Shown here: positions 1 to 8,159 of the stretch, piece after piece
How positions within the stretch are numbered: the first letter of the stretch is position 1
Layout of the letters: every line of letters starts with the position of its first letter
From: Poseidonia sp.
GTDB taxonomy: Archaea; Thermoplasmatota; Poseidoniia; Poseidoniales; Poseidoniaceae
Direction: 5' to 3'
Assembly (NCBI GenBank): GCA_965661285.1
Contig: CBFIDD010000002.1
Span: forward strand, 224,001-288,000
DNA length: 64,000 nt
Notes under the pieces: model-generated
Databases searched by the model: none
What the model was told of the DNA's origin: nothing
The model's input: only the letters and a program-made list of their open reading frames with translations
Program-made: the position numbers and the translations under genes

Positions 1-1052
1 GTAACAACGACATCGTGAAGTTCAACCCCAGAGAGGTTTTCCACTTCAAGTTCAAGGGAAAGAGGGCCGGGATCCTCACCGATGGCGACGGACAAGGAAC
101 GTTCTTGCGAACGGGATGGGTTGGTGTCCAATCGCTCTCGCAGGGTCATCATTTGCCTTCCGCTGACCTTGTAAGACTCGGTGTGCTTCTTGCTCGGTTC
201 GAGTTCGTCCACGGAGACGTGTTCGCCACCAAGGTCGGTTGAACCAATGTTGTCAAGGAGGACATCGATGTCGTAGATGCGGTCGTCTGCCGAGGGGTTG
301 TTCACCGTCAGGGTACCCTTCACGTTCTGCTTGATGATGTTACCATCAGCGTTCAAGGTGGTGGTTTCCACCTCGTGAAGCGTGCCTTCCAGTTTGTCCC
401 CATTTACGGCTTCGACTTCGGCGCGACTTCGAATCTTGGCACCGGCTTGTTCACCGGTCAAGTCGGACGGAGCCAGGTCAGGAACCGGTGCATCCGAGGT
501 ATCACCAAGCGAGAGGGCAGCAAGCGGGTCGGCTGCTGGGGCCTCGGGGGGTGCGGGTGGTGCTGGAGGTGCGGCGAGCGGGTCCATCAACGGGTCGGCG
601 GCCGGTGCTTCGGGCATGGGCGGCATCTCGGGTGGAGCAGGTGGTGCCAGTGGTGCTGCCAAGGGGTCCATCAGCGGGTCGGCGGCCGGTGCTTCGGGCA
701 TGGGTGGCATGGGCGGCATCTCGGGTGCTTCTGGTGGAGCAGGTGGTGCCGGTGGTGCTGCCAAGGGGTCCATCAGCGGGTCGGCGGCCGGTGCTTCGGG
801 CATCGAGGGCATGGGCGGCATCTCGGGCGGTGCTGGTGGAGCGTCGGGCATCGGAGGCATGGGCGGCATACCGGGCGGTGCTGGAGGTGCATCTGGCATC
901 GGAGGCATGGGCGGCATCTCGGGCGGTGCTGGAGGTGCGTCGGGCATCGGAGGCATAGGCGGCATACCGGGCGGTGCTGGCGGGGCTTCGCCTGGAGGCA
1001 TAGGTGGCATTGGTGGTAGGCCAGGAGGCATCGGGGGTTTCTCTTCGCTCAT
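1..1052 (-). CDS. Pro-rich N-terminal protein with C-terminal beta-rich (possibly mu-homology-like) domain; runs off the window edge
   Basis: Hand translation from ATG at 1052: MSEEKPPMPPGLPPMPPMPPGEAPPAPP...KLEGTLHEVETTTLNADGNIIKQNVKGTLTVNNPSADDRIYDIDVLLD...LSLELEVENLSGVELHDVVV. No stop seen in the translated stretches down to position 1. Absent from the ORF track because it has no stop in the window. Confidence 0.85.
   Translation of the reverse strand, partial: MSEEKPPMPPGLPPMPPMPPGEAPPAPPGMPPMPPMPDAPPAPPEMPPMPPMPDAPPAPPGMPPMPPMPDAPPAPPEMPPMPSMPEAPAADPLMDPLAAPPAPPAPPEAPEMPPMPPMPEAPAADPLMDPLAAPLAPPAPPEMPPMPEAPAADPLMDPLAAPPAPPAPPEAPAADPLAALSLGDTSDAPVPDLAPSDLTGEQAGAKIRSRAEVEAVNGDKLEGTLHEVETTTLNADGNIIKQNVKGTLTVNNPSADDRIYDIDVLLDNIGSTDLGGEHVSVDELEPSKKHTESYKVSGRQMMTLRERLDTNPSRSQERSLSVAIGEDPGPLSLELEVENLSGVELHDVVV
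560..1040. repeat. Imperfect coding tandem repeats (PPMPPMPDAPPAPP-type and PAADPLMDP units)
   Basis: Recurrent GGCATCGGAGGCATGGGCGGCAT and GGTGCTGG units; GGTCCATCA(A/G)CGGGTCGGCGGCCGGTGCTTCGGGCAT occurs three times (about 581, 665, 767). Confidence 0.85.
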
Positions 1053-1208
1053 CGTACATTCCTCAGCATCGCTCGGGTGCGATGAGTTCTTGGACACATG
1101 CTGAGCACATAACCATTCTCCAACATTGCGTTGAACGCATCATTTCGGACATGTCCCAACAAACGGGGAGGAAGGAGGTTTCTTGTAGGGTCGGCAGAAC
1201 CGAAGGCC

Positions 1209-2027
1209 ATGGTCGGTATGGACAACAGTTCGCCACCTGTTCTTTTCGTGGTTGGCACGGCGGGCGCAGGAAAATCTTCGCTGGTTACATCTTTTCAACG
1301 CTGGTCTCGCTTTTTGGAGACCGAGGCCATTGCGGTGAACCTTGACCCGGGTGCTGAGCGCGTCCACTACGACGCCGAATTTGATGTTCGGGACCTCATC
1401 TCCTTGACCGAAGTGATGGACGAGTATGACCTCGGGCCCAACGGAGCTCAAATTCTCGCTGCGGACCTCTTGGCCGCTCAGGCCGGCGAAGTGGCCGATC
1501 AGCTCCACACGCTCTCGGGTGAAATCATGATCGTTGACACACCCGGACAGGTCGAACTGTTCGCTTTCCGCGAAGCCAGCAACCACTTGATTGAAACCCT
1601 TGGTCGAGAGCAATCCGCCATCATTTACCTCTTCGACCCCATGCTGTCCCGCTCGCCGTCGGGATTCGTCTCACAAATGCTTCTCTCGTCCATCGTTGAG
1701 TTCCGCCTCGGCCTGCCAACGAAGAACTTCCTGTCGAAGGCCGACCTGCTGGAACCGGAAGAACTGGACCAAATCCTTGAATGGTCCGAGCGCCTTGAAA
1801 TTCTCGAGTTGGCACTCTATGACGAAGCAGGTGGTCAGCGAACCGAATTTGCCATCAACCAACTCCGTATGATGCAAGAGTTCTCTCAAGCCCCGGGACT
1901 CACCCCCCTGTCCTCAGAACTCGAAGAAGGACTGGCCGATATTCTGACGTTTGCACAGGCGCTGTTTGGAGGCATGAGCGATGCCCGTGATGGCTTTGCA
2001 GCCGACATTGAGCACGAAAAGAACTGA
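1209..2027 (+). CDS. GPN-loop GTPase
   Basis: GTAGAGKS P-loop, NLDPG, LGPNG (GPN loop), DTPGQVELF, SKADL. Confidence 0.93.
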   Translation: MVGMDNSSPPVLFVVGTAGAGKSSLVTSFQRWSRFLETEAIAVNLDPGAERVHYDAEFDVRDLISLTEVMDEYDLGPNGAQILAADLLAAQAGEVADQLHTLSGEIMIVDTPGQVELFAFREASNHLIETLGREQSAIIYLFDPMLSRSPSGFVSQMLLSSIVEFRLGLPTKNFLSKADLLEPEELDQILEWSERLEILELALYDEAGGQRTEFAINQLRMMQEFSQAPGLTPLSSELEEGLADILTFAQALFGGMSDARDGFAADIEHEKN

Positions 2028-2066
2028 GCGCACAACGCTTAGAAGCCGCCTTGTGGTGGTGATGCC

Positions 2067-3035
2067 ATGGTACAACACCTTCTGGCCATTGACGATGTTG
2101 ACGAAGACTTTGAAGGAATTCTCAAGTGGGCGATTGAATTCAAGCGACTATGGAAACAGGGCGATGATGTTGCGCTGAATTTCCTTCCCCTCGACACCCT
2201 CGCTATCGGTTCGATTTACGAAAAGCCATCCACGCGGACCCGTGTGTCGTTCGAAGTCGGCGTCCAGCGACTCGGTGGCAGTGCGCTGACGCTGCTCAAG
2301 AACGACATCCAACTCGGGAAATCAGAAACGGTTGGCGACACATCGCAGGTCCTTTCTCGGTTTTTGGGCGGCATGACCTACCGTTGCTTTGCTCATGCTG
2401 ATGTTGAGGAATTGGCGAAACACGCCACCGTGCCGGTCATCAATGCGCTCTCGGCCAAGCACCATCCCTGCCAAGCCGCTGCTGACTTGATGACCGTGAT
2501 GGAACACCACGACGACACGGAGGATTTGACCGTGGCGTGGGTGGGGGACGGCAACAACGTGCTGCACGATTTGATGTTGGCGTGTGCCATGCTCGGCATC
2601 AACATTCGATACGCCTGTCCTGAAGGATACGAACCTGCAGAGGATGTCGTGGAACGCACCAAGGCCTTTGCGAAGGCTAATGGAAGCGATGTCATGCACA
2701 CCACCGACCCCCTCGAAGCCGTGAAGGATGCGCATGTGGTCTACACCGATGTCTTCATTTCAATGGGCGAAGAACACATGACCGACAAAATGGAAGCCTT
2801 TGACGGCTACCAGGTGAACGAAGCCATGGTCGGCCACATGGACGAGGCGTGGTCGTTCATGCACTGCCTGCCTGCTCACCGAGGCGAGGAAGTCACCGAC
2901 TGGGTCATGGACCATGAACAGAGCATCGTCTTCGACCAAGCGGAAAACAGAATGTGGGCCCAAATGTCGCTCATGACCTACCTCATCAACCGCAGTGCGT
3001 GGGATGCGATGGGTGAATTCATGGGTCTGGTTTGA
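2067..3035 (+). CDS. argF: Ornithine carbamoyltransferase
   Basis: STRTRVSF, HPCQ, GDGNNV, SMG and FMHCLP motifs. Confidence 0.95.
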   Translation: MVQHLLAIDDVDEDFEGILKWAIEFKRLWKQGDDVALNFLPLDTLAIGSIYEKPSTRTRVSFEVGVQRLGGSALTLLKNDIQLGKSETVGDTSQVLSRFLGGMTYRCFAHADVEELAKHATVPVINALSAKHHPCQAAADLMTVMEHHDDTEDLTVAWVGDGNNVLHDLMLACAMLGINIRYACPEGYEPAEDVVERTKAFAKANGSDVMHTTDPLEAVKDAHVVYTDVFISMGEEHMTDKMEAFDGYQVNEAMVGHMDEAWSFMHCLPAHRGEEVTDWVMDHEQSIVFDQAENRMWAQMSLMTYLINRSAWDAMGEFMGLV

Positions 3036-3914
3036 TCACAATGCCCCAGCCGCAACGAAGCTGATGAGACCCAGCAGCATGGCGATTCGAATACGACCGG
3101 CGACCAAGACGTCATCCCCTTTATAGAGCGGACCGTTGAGCGTGATGAGGGTCAAAATCGCCGGGGTTTGAAGCACCAGTTGACCAAACGCGAAGGGGCC
3201 GCGCCAGAACGGCATGTAAAGGCACACGAGAGCACCCATGATAACGACATAGGCAGCCATCCGGACTTTCTCCTTCCCGTACGTCATCGGCAAGGTTTCA
3301 CGACTGCCTTCATCGGCTTCCATGTCCATGCAATCCTTCACCATCTCTCGAGCAAGGTTGGTCAAGAACACGACACCAAAGACCCACCAAATCACGGGTT
3401 CTGTGATACCACCGACGCCAGAGGCCCCGTAGAGAATGACCGCAGCCACCAGCAGGGAGATGACGATGTTTCCAGATAACCCCTGGTTTTTTGTTGCTGG
3501 CCCGTGGTCGTAGGTCACCATGAGAACCACGGCAAGAATGTAAATCAGCACCGTAGGTAGGTAGACACCGACTTCTGGCTCCACCACCAGCAAGCCACCG
3601 ATATGGGCGAACACGCTCAAACCCCAGAGAAGTGAAGTGAAACCCTGTGCCTGCGAAAGGGTCAGCCGGCCGGAAGGAAGCGGACGTTGTGGGTGAGCCG
3701 TTTGGTCGAGGTCGGCATCTTTGATGTCGTTCATGGCGTTGCCAGCACCGGTAAAGAATACCACAGCGAGCGTGTGGAGGCCGACGGCGAGCCATGGAAA
3801 ATCTGCACCCTGCTCCATCAATGCAAAGTAAGCACCGAGGGGAACGGTCGCACCTGCGAGAACCAAGTTCTTCGGACGCATCAATTCAATGAACGCACCG
3901 AGGCGACCTGCCAT
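3036..3914 (-). CDS. UbiA-family prenyltransferase, probable digeranylgeranylglyceryl phosphate synthase
   Basis: RPKN, NDIKDADLD..HPQRPLPSG and REMVKDCMDMEAD Asp-rich motifs; multiple TM helices. Confidence 0.88.
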   Translation of the reverse strand: MAGRLGAFIELMRPKNLVLAGATVPLGAYFALMEQGADFPWLAVGLHTLAVVFFTGAGNAMNDIKDADLDQTAHPQRPLPSGRLTLSQAQGFTSLLWGLSVFAHIGGLLVVEPEVGVYLPTVLIYILAVVLMVTYDHGPATKNQGLSGNIVISLLVAAVILYGASGVGGITEPVIWWVFGVVFLTNLAREMVKDCMDMEADEGSRETLPMTYGKEKVRMAAYVVIMGALVCLYMPFWRGPFAFGQLVLQTPAILTLITLNGPLYKGDDVLVAGRIRIAMLLGLISFVAAGAL

Positions 3915-3953
3915 GGTTGAGTGCAGGCGTCTTTGATTCTTGATTCCTTGGAC

Positions 3954-4193
3954 TCAAGCGGCGGCCATGGACCAAACACAGACACGCATTCGGAACCCAC
4001 CGACATCGGTACCCTCGTCAAAGCCCACTTTGACAAAGCGACGGTCTCGAGCGAGGACGTTGCCGAGCTGGTTCATCGTTGCACCCCATCGAAAACGACG
4101 GTTGACGTGGTCGAGGATGACGGTGGTGTTGGCCTCACCCACCTCGCTGAGGAAGGAGAGGATTTCGGAGCGAAGTCGCTTGGTCCGACTCAT
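3954..4193 (-). CDS. Small winged-helix-like putative nucleic-acid-binding protein (DUF3860-like)
   Basis: NTTVILDHVN..RWGATMNQLGNVLARD..FVKVG..CVW pattern matches my recollection of the DUF3860 marine archaeal family. Confidence 0.7.
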   Translation of the reverse strand: MSRTKRLRSEILSFLSEVGEANTTVILDHVNRRFRWGATMNQLGNVLARDRRFVKVGFDEGTDVGGFRMRVCVWSMAAA

Positions 4194-4450
4194 CAGGCCT
4201 CACCTCGGACGATGCGCTGAAGCAGGGATTGCATGCTTCGGGAGAGCGGCGCCTTTGTGGAGGCGGCACCCGGGCCTGCAATCGGCTGCCAACCGATCTG
4301 CTCGGTCTTCTGTGGCAGACGTCCCGTAGCGTGGGCGAGGTGTGTTTGACTGTTCTTCACCCAGGACGGCTCGGTGTGTACGGTGGTCGAAGCGACCATG
4401 TCAGCAAAGCACAGATGTTCGGACAGATTTGGTTGTTCCATGGTTGCCAT
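4193..4450 (-). CDS. Hypothetical protein
   Basis: Its TGA overlaps the ATG of the next gene (TGATG coupling) and is preceded by a GAGG motif; no recognisable domain. Confidence 0.45.
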   Translation of the reverse strand: MATMEQPNLSEHLCFADMVASTTVHTEPSWVKNSQTHLAHATGRLPQKTEQIGWQPIAGPGAASTKAPLSRSMQSLLQRIVRGEA

Positions 4451-4636
4451 TCCGTGGCGGTGGTATATCAACCGACGAAAGAGGGGTCGGGTTGAAGAAA
4501 AACGCCATGTCAAGCGCAGGCCCTCGTTTTTCAGTTTTCAATTTTAGTTAAAGTGAATGAAAATCTTCCCTTGACAGCCCACACGAAAGCATGGCGTGAT
4601 GGCTAAATAGGAAAGGCCAGTCCGAAAGCCTACCAC

Positions 4637-4709
4637 GCTCGTATAGTGTAGTGGCCCATCATGAAGGACTCTCATTCCTTCGACCCGGGTTCAAATCCCG
4701 GTACGAGCA
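4637..4709 (+). tRNA. tRNA-Glu (CTC)
   Basis: GCTCGTA/TACGAGC acceptor stem, AAGGA-CT-CTC-AT-TCCTT anticodon arm, CCGGG-TTCAAAT-CCCGG T arm; TAAATA box upstream. Confidence 0.96.
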
Positions 4710-4765
4710 CTCCGATCTTACGTACGATTGTACGGACGGAACCATTGAGTTTCCCGGTACGAGCA
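4696..4765 (+). repeat. 70-bp att-spacer-att block, copy 1
   Basis: Identical to 7261-7330: 14-mer, 42-bp spacer, 14-mer. Confidence 0.95.
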
Positions 4766-4918
4766 TCCATCTGACGTCAAAACTTTTGACCTGCGTCAGT
4801 GCACATCAAATACTTTCTTTTATGCTCATTGGACCTCATTTTGATAGCACATTAAGTGCTCTGCTGAATTGTACAGAGATTAGGCCATCATTGAAAACTC
4901 ACAATCCGGCTTAGGACC

Positions 4919-5243
4919 TTGGAAGAATCAGAAGCACGGAGAATCGCTGCTGAAACACAAGGGCACTCAACCCTGAACAAATTCATTCGAACTGTTGTTA
5001 ACTCGGCTATTCTTGATTTTGATGGGAACGGGGATGAATTCGAGGTGCAAACTCAACAAAAATTCGATGAAAAAATGCATCGAATGAAAGGGCAACGTTT
5101 CCGTTCGTTTGATAGAATATGTTGAGTCCCATGACCCATATGAATAGGTTAAATGGGTTGTCGGCGAAACGGGTGACATTGATTGATATGGTCGTTATAC
5201 AATCGTATACTGAGTGCATGAGCAGTCGGTGGAGAGTGTCCAA
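4919..5243 (+). pseudogene. Possible gene remnant in the island
   Basis: Short AT-rich ORF 4919-5125 with protein-like composition and a TTG start; no recognisable family. Confidence 0.25.
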
Positions 5244-5247
5244 ATTT

Positions 5248-6180
5248 TCAGAATTCCCAAGCGAATCCAGTTTTCTCTTCTGAATCCTTCCACAATCGAG
5301 TCATCGTCTCCTTCTCGTAAGCGTGGGCTTCCAACTGATTTTCTGCAACAGGACCAACCCAATCCAATGCTCCTGTAGGTCCGTACAGCGCTCGCTCTTG
5401 CAAGTCATTCGAAGTAGCACACATTAGTTGTGAGTATGCTCCTTTTTTGGCAGATTGCACTATTGGTAGAAGCACCATAATTCCCCAAATAAAACGTGTA
5501 ACCATACTTGCATTCGTCTTAATCAACGATGTTTTGGCAGCTCCTGGATGACAAACGAAGACTTTAGTTTCCTTTTTTGCGAGAGAGATTCTATCTTGTA
5601 ATTCATACGCAAACATCATCAGAGCAAGTTTGCTTTGACTGTAAGCGGTGTTTGAATTATACTTTTTATCCCAATTCATGTCTTCAAAATTGATTGTCTT
5701 CATTCCCATTTTATACCCTAAGCTGGAAACAACAACGATTCTGCCTTGATTTTTTTCGATTGAAGGGAAGAGCATTCCTGCCAACAAAAAGTGTCCGTAA
5801 TGATTTGTTCCTAGCTGTACCTCAAAACCATCAACTGTAAGAGTTCTTTTAGGCGTTTGAGCAATTGCGGCATTACAGATCAATACATCGATCTTTTGCT
5901 TCCTCTCAATCAGCACATTTGCAGCATCTCTTACCGACTCTAAATCTGACAAATCTAACTTTACAAATTTCAAGGGTTGATTTTCTGCAAGTTCGTTGTT
6001 AATCTCCTGCATGATTCGATTGGATTTTTGCTCATTCCTGTTCAACATCGTGACTTCTGCTCCCTTTGCAAGCAGGATTTTTATGGCCTCTAGTCCAATT
6101 CCTGAGCTGGCTCCGGTGATGACGACAGACTTGCCTTCTAGACTTTGAATTAAATCGGGAGTCCATCCACTTGATGCCAT
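5248..6180 (-). CDS. SDR-family oxidoreductase (retinol-dehydrogenase-like subgroup)
   Basis: TGASSGIG, NAA, GTNHYGHFLL, YSQSK, HPG; AT-rich codon usage. Confidence 0.93.
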   Translation of the reverse strand: MASSGWTPDLIQSLEGKSVVITGASSGIGLEAIKILLAKGAEVTMLNRNEQKSNRIMQEINNELAENQPLKFVKLDLSDLESVRDAANVLIERKQKIDVLICNAAIAQTPKRTLTVDGFEVQLGTNHYGHFLLAGMLFPSIEKNQGRIVVVSSLGYKMGMKTINFEDMNWDKKYNSNTAYSQSKLALMMFAYELQDRISLAKKETKVFVCHPGAAKTSLIKTNASMVTRFIWGIMVLLPIVQSAKKGAYSQLMCATSNDLQERALYGPTGALDWVGPVAENQLEAHAYEKETMTRLWKDSEEKTGFAWEF

Positions 6181-6359
6181 AATGCTCCGTCTTTGGGTTA
6201 GTTCATATTGGTTACGGACAATAGGTCAGGCTTCTCTTTTCGGCAAATTCATCATAGAAGATTATCATTGCGAATAAGAATTGAAATAGGTCCATGACAG
6301 GCATTACCCTTTGATTGGTTGCCTCAAAGGTCAATTTTGAAGTCAATCAGATGTGGGTA

Positions 6360-6373
6360 TCCCGGTACGAGCA
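6360..6373 (+). repeat. tRNA-Glu 3'-end direct repeat (att-like)
   Basis: Exact TCCCGGTACGAGCA; the preceding A also matches the tRNA. Confidence 0.93.
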
Positions 6374-6421
6374 TTCTCTATATTAAAAAAATTAAATTTT
6401 ACAGTTCGCTAAACCCATGAC
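6374..6421 (+). promoter_or_regulatory. Cassette-borne AT-rich leader, probable promoter (copy 1)
   Basis: TTCTCTATATTAAAAAAATTAAATTTTACAGTTCGCTAAACCCATGAC is nearly identical to 7331-7379; TATA-like tract upstream of the ATG. Confidence 0.6.
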
Positions 6422-7204
6422 ATGGAATGGCTTGAAAGAGCAGGTTGGCATTACGACAAAGATTCGAATTCAATAGAACAATCAGAATTTACTCACCCTC
6501 TTCCAATGACTATTGTATTTTGTTTCTTTTTTACCCCAATTCCGTTTATGTCCGTTGTGTTTGTAAATGGACCGATCTTTTTTTTGTTTGTGAGCTTAGC
6601 CGTATGTGCGCTCAGTTTGGCTTGCTTATTGGGGTACATCCTCACAATCAAAGGAACTGTCAGGAGAATTTCTCTGCATGACTTATCTTACACGGTGATG
6701 AAGCGAAACAGGCGAACGCTCGAAAATTCCAAGATCAACACCCTCGAATCAACGGATGGATTCATCCACCAGAACCTCGAGGTTATTGTCGTTGAGTATG
6801 AAGTACTCACAGGATCTGAAGGAGGTAGTGGCTACGTTACAACTTACCAGGTACGATTGGTCGAAAAAAGACTGGTCGGAGATGAACGCTACTTCACCCG
6901 TCTTGGAAAACGTTTTTTGAAGGCAGACCAGAGCACTCTGCCTCCAGAACTGCAAGTGGAACCTTGGCGTTTGGTTAATAATCACGGGAATAAACAAATG
7001 AAGTGGAATTATGGAAACGATCCAGCATACGATGTGCAGAGGATGCTGGTCTTGAGGGCGAAAAATAAACAAGATGCATTGGAATTAAGCGACCATTTTC
7101 GAGAATTTTTCATTGAAGGTGGTTGGCAGAAACTCACTGAACAGATTCCTCCTGTGATTTCAGATGAAGCAACCAATGATGGAAACGAACCGTTTTGGGT
7201 ATGA
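6422..7204 (+). CDS. Hypothetical 2-TM membrane protein, paralog 1
   Basis: Two N-terminal hydrophobic helices; soluble domain strongly similar to 7380-8159. Confidence 0.88.
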   Translation: MEWLERAGWHYDKDSNSIEQSEFTHPLPMTIVFCFFFTPIPFMSVVFVNGPIFFLFVSLAVCALSLACLLGYILTIKGTVRRISLHDLSYTVMKRNRRTLENSKINTLESTDGFIHQNLEVIVVEYEVLTGSEGGSGYVTTYQVRLVEKRLVGDERYFTRLGKRFLKADQSTLPPELQVEPWRLVNNHGNKQMKWNYGNDPAYDVQRMLVLRAKNKQDALELSDHFREFFIEGGWQKLTEQIPPVISDEATNDGNEPFWV

Positions 7205-7260
7205 ACTCAAACATTGAGGTCCTACTCAAAGACGCCACACCATGGTATTTGCAGATAGTT

Positions 7261-7330
7261 TCCCGGTACGAGCACTCCGATCTTACGTACGATTGTACGG
7301 ACGGAACCATTGAGTTTCCCGGTACGAGCA
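7261..7330 (+). repeat. 70-bp att-spacer-att block, copy 2
   Basis: Identical to 4696-4765. Confidence 0.95.
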
Positions 7331-7379
7331 TTCTCTATATTGAAAAAAATTAAAATTTACAGTTCGCTAAACTCATGAC
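7331..7379 (+). promoter_or_regulatory. Cassette-borne AT-rich leader, probable promoter (copy 2)
   Basis: Near-identical to 6374-6421. Confidence 0.6.
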
Positions 7380-8159
7380 ATGGATTGGTTGGAGGAAGCG
7401 GGTTGGTGTTACGACCCAGAATCTCATTCAATTGAACAGGTTGAGTACACCAGTCCTAGTTTGGGCCTCTTTCTATTTGTCGTGTTCGCGATTGGAATTT
7501 CGGTCATATTCTTCGAAACTTTATACAGCCCTGATTTTTTGGTTTTTCTTCTTGTTTACGCATCATTGTTGGGTTTGATGGCGCTTGCGGGACTCCACAT
7601 AACAAATGTGGGGTGGGTGAAAAGAATTGCACTATCTGATTTGTCCTACTCTGTCATGAAACGTAACAAGCGAACGCTCGAAAATTCAAAGATTGCTACC
7701 CTCGAATCGACGGATGGATTCACGCATGAGAACCTGGAGGTCATTGTCGTTGAGTATGAACGAAAGAATGAAAGTGAAGGCCCTGCGTACTACACCTTCT
7801 ATCAAGTCCGGTTGGTTGAAAAACGACTGGTTGGAAATGAGAGATACTTCACCCACCTTAAAAAACGTTTCATGGAGGCAGATAAGAGCACGTTGCCCCC
7901 CGAACTGCAAGCGGACGCTTGGGGTTTGGCCTACAACCACGGAAAAATAAGGGAGAAGTTGTATCACGGAAAGAATCCGGCCTACGATGTGCAGAGGATG
8001 TTGGTGTTGAATGCGAAAAACAAAACACATGCACTCGAATTGAGCGAGCGTTTTCGAGAATTTTTCATTGAAGGTGGTTGGAAAGAACTCACTCGACAGC
8101 CCTCACCTGCAATCTCAAGTGATGTTGCCGAGGAGGAAAACCGGCCGTTCTGGCAATGA
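7380..8159 (+). CDS. Hypothetical 2-TM membrane protein, paralog 2
   Basis: Shares blocks RTLENSKI, NLEVIVVEYE, YQVRLVEKRLVG, PAYDVQRMLVL and FREFFIEGGW with paralog 1. Confidence 0.88.
   Translation: MDWLEEAGWCYDPESHSIEQVEYTSPSLGLFLFVVFAIGISVIFFETLYSPDFLVFLLVYASLLGLMALAGLHITNVGWVKRIALSDLSYSVMKRNKRTLENSKIATLESTDGFTHENLEVIVVEYERKNESEGPAYYTFYQVRLVEKRLVGNERYFTHLKKRFMEADKSTLPPELQADAWGLAYNHGKIREKLYHGKNPAYDVQRMLVLNAKNKTHALELSERFREFFIEGGWKELTRQPSPAISSDVAEEENRPFWQ

Noticed and set aside
375-1104. Gly-rich and Arg/Trp-rich plus-strand ORFs and the 502-1059 minus ORF
   Set aside because: Shadow frames of the Pro-rich minus-strand gene starting at 1052.
4651-4914. 87-aa ORF
   Set aside because: Overlaps tRNA-Glu and the att repeats.
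4696-7330. Repeat-spacer-repeat blocks as a mini CRISPR array
   Set aside because: The repeat is only 14 nt and equals the tRNA 3' end, the two spacers are identical, and no cas genes are present.
7201-7353. 50-aa ORF (MNSNIEVLLKDATPWYLQ...) coupled to paralog 1
   Set aside because: Reads through two att repeats, and the equivalent start after paralog 2 is shifted by one base; treated as a conserved trailer, though a truncated gene remnant is not excluded.
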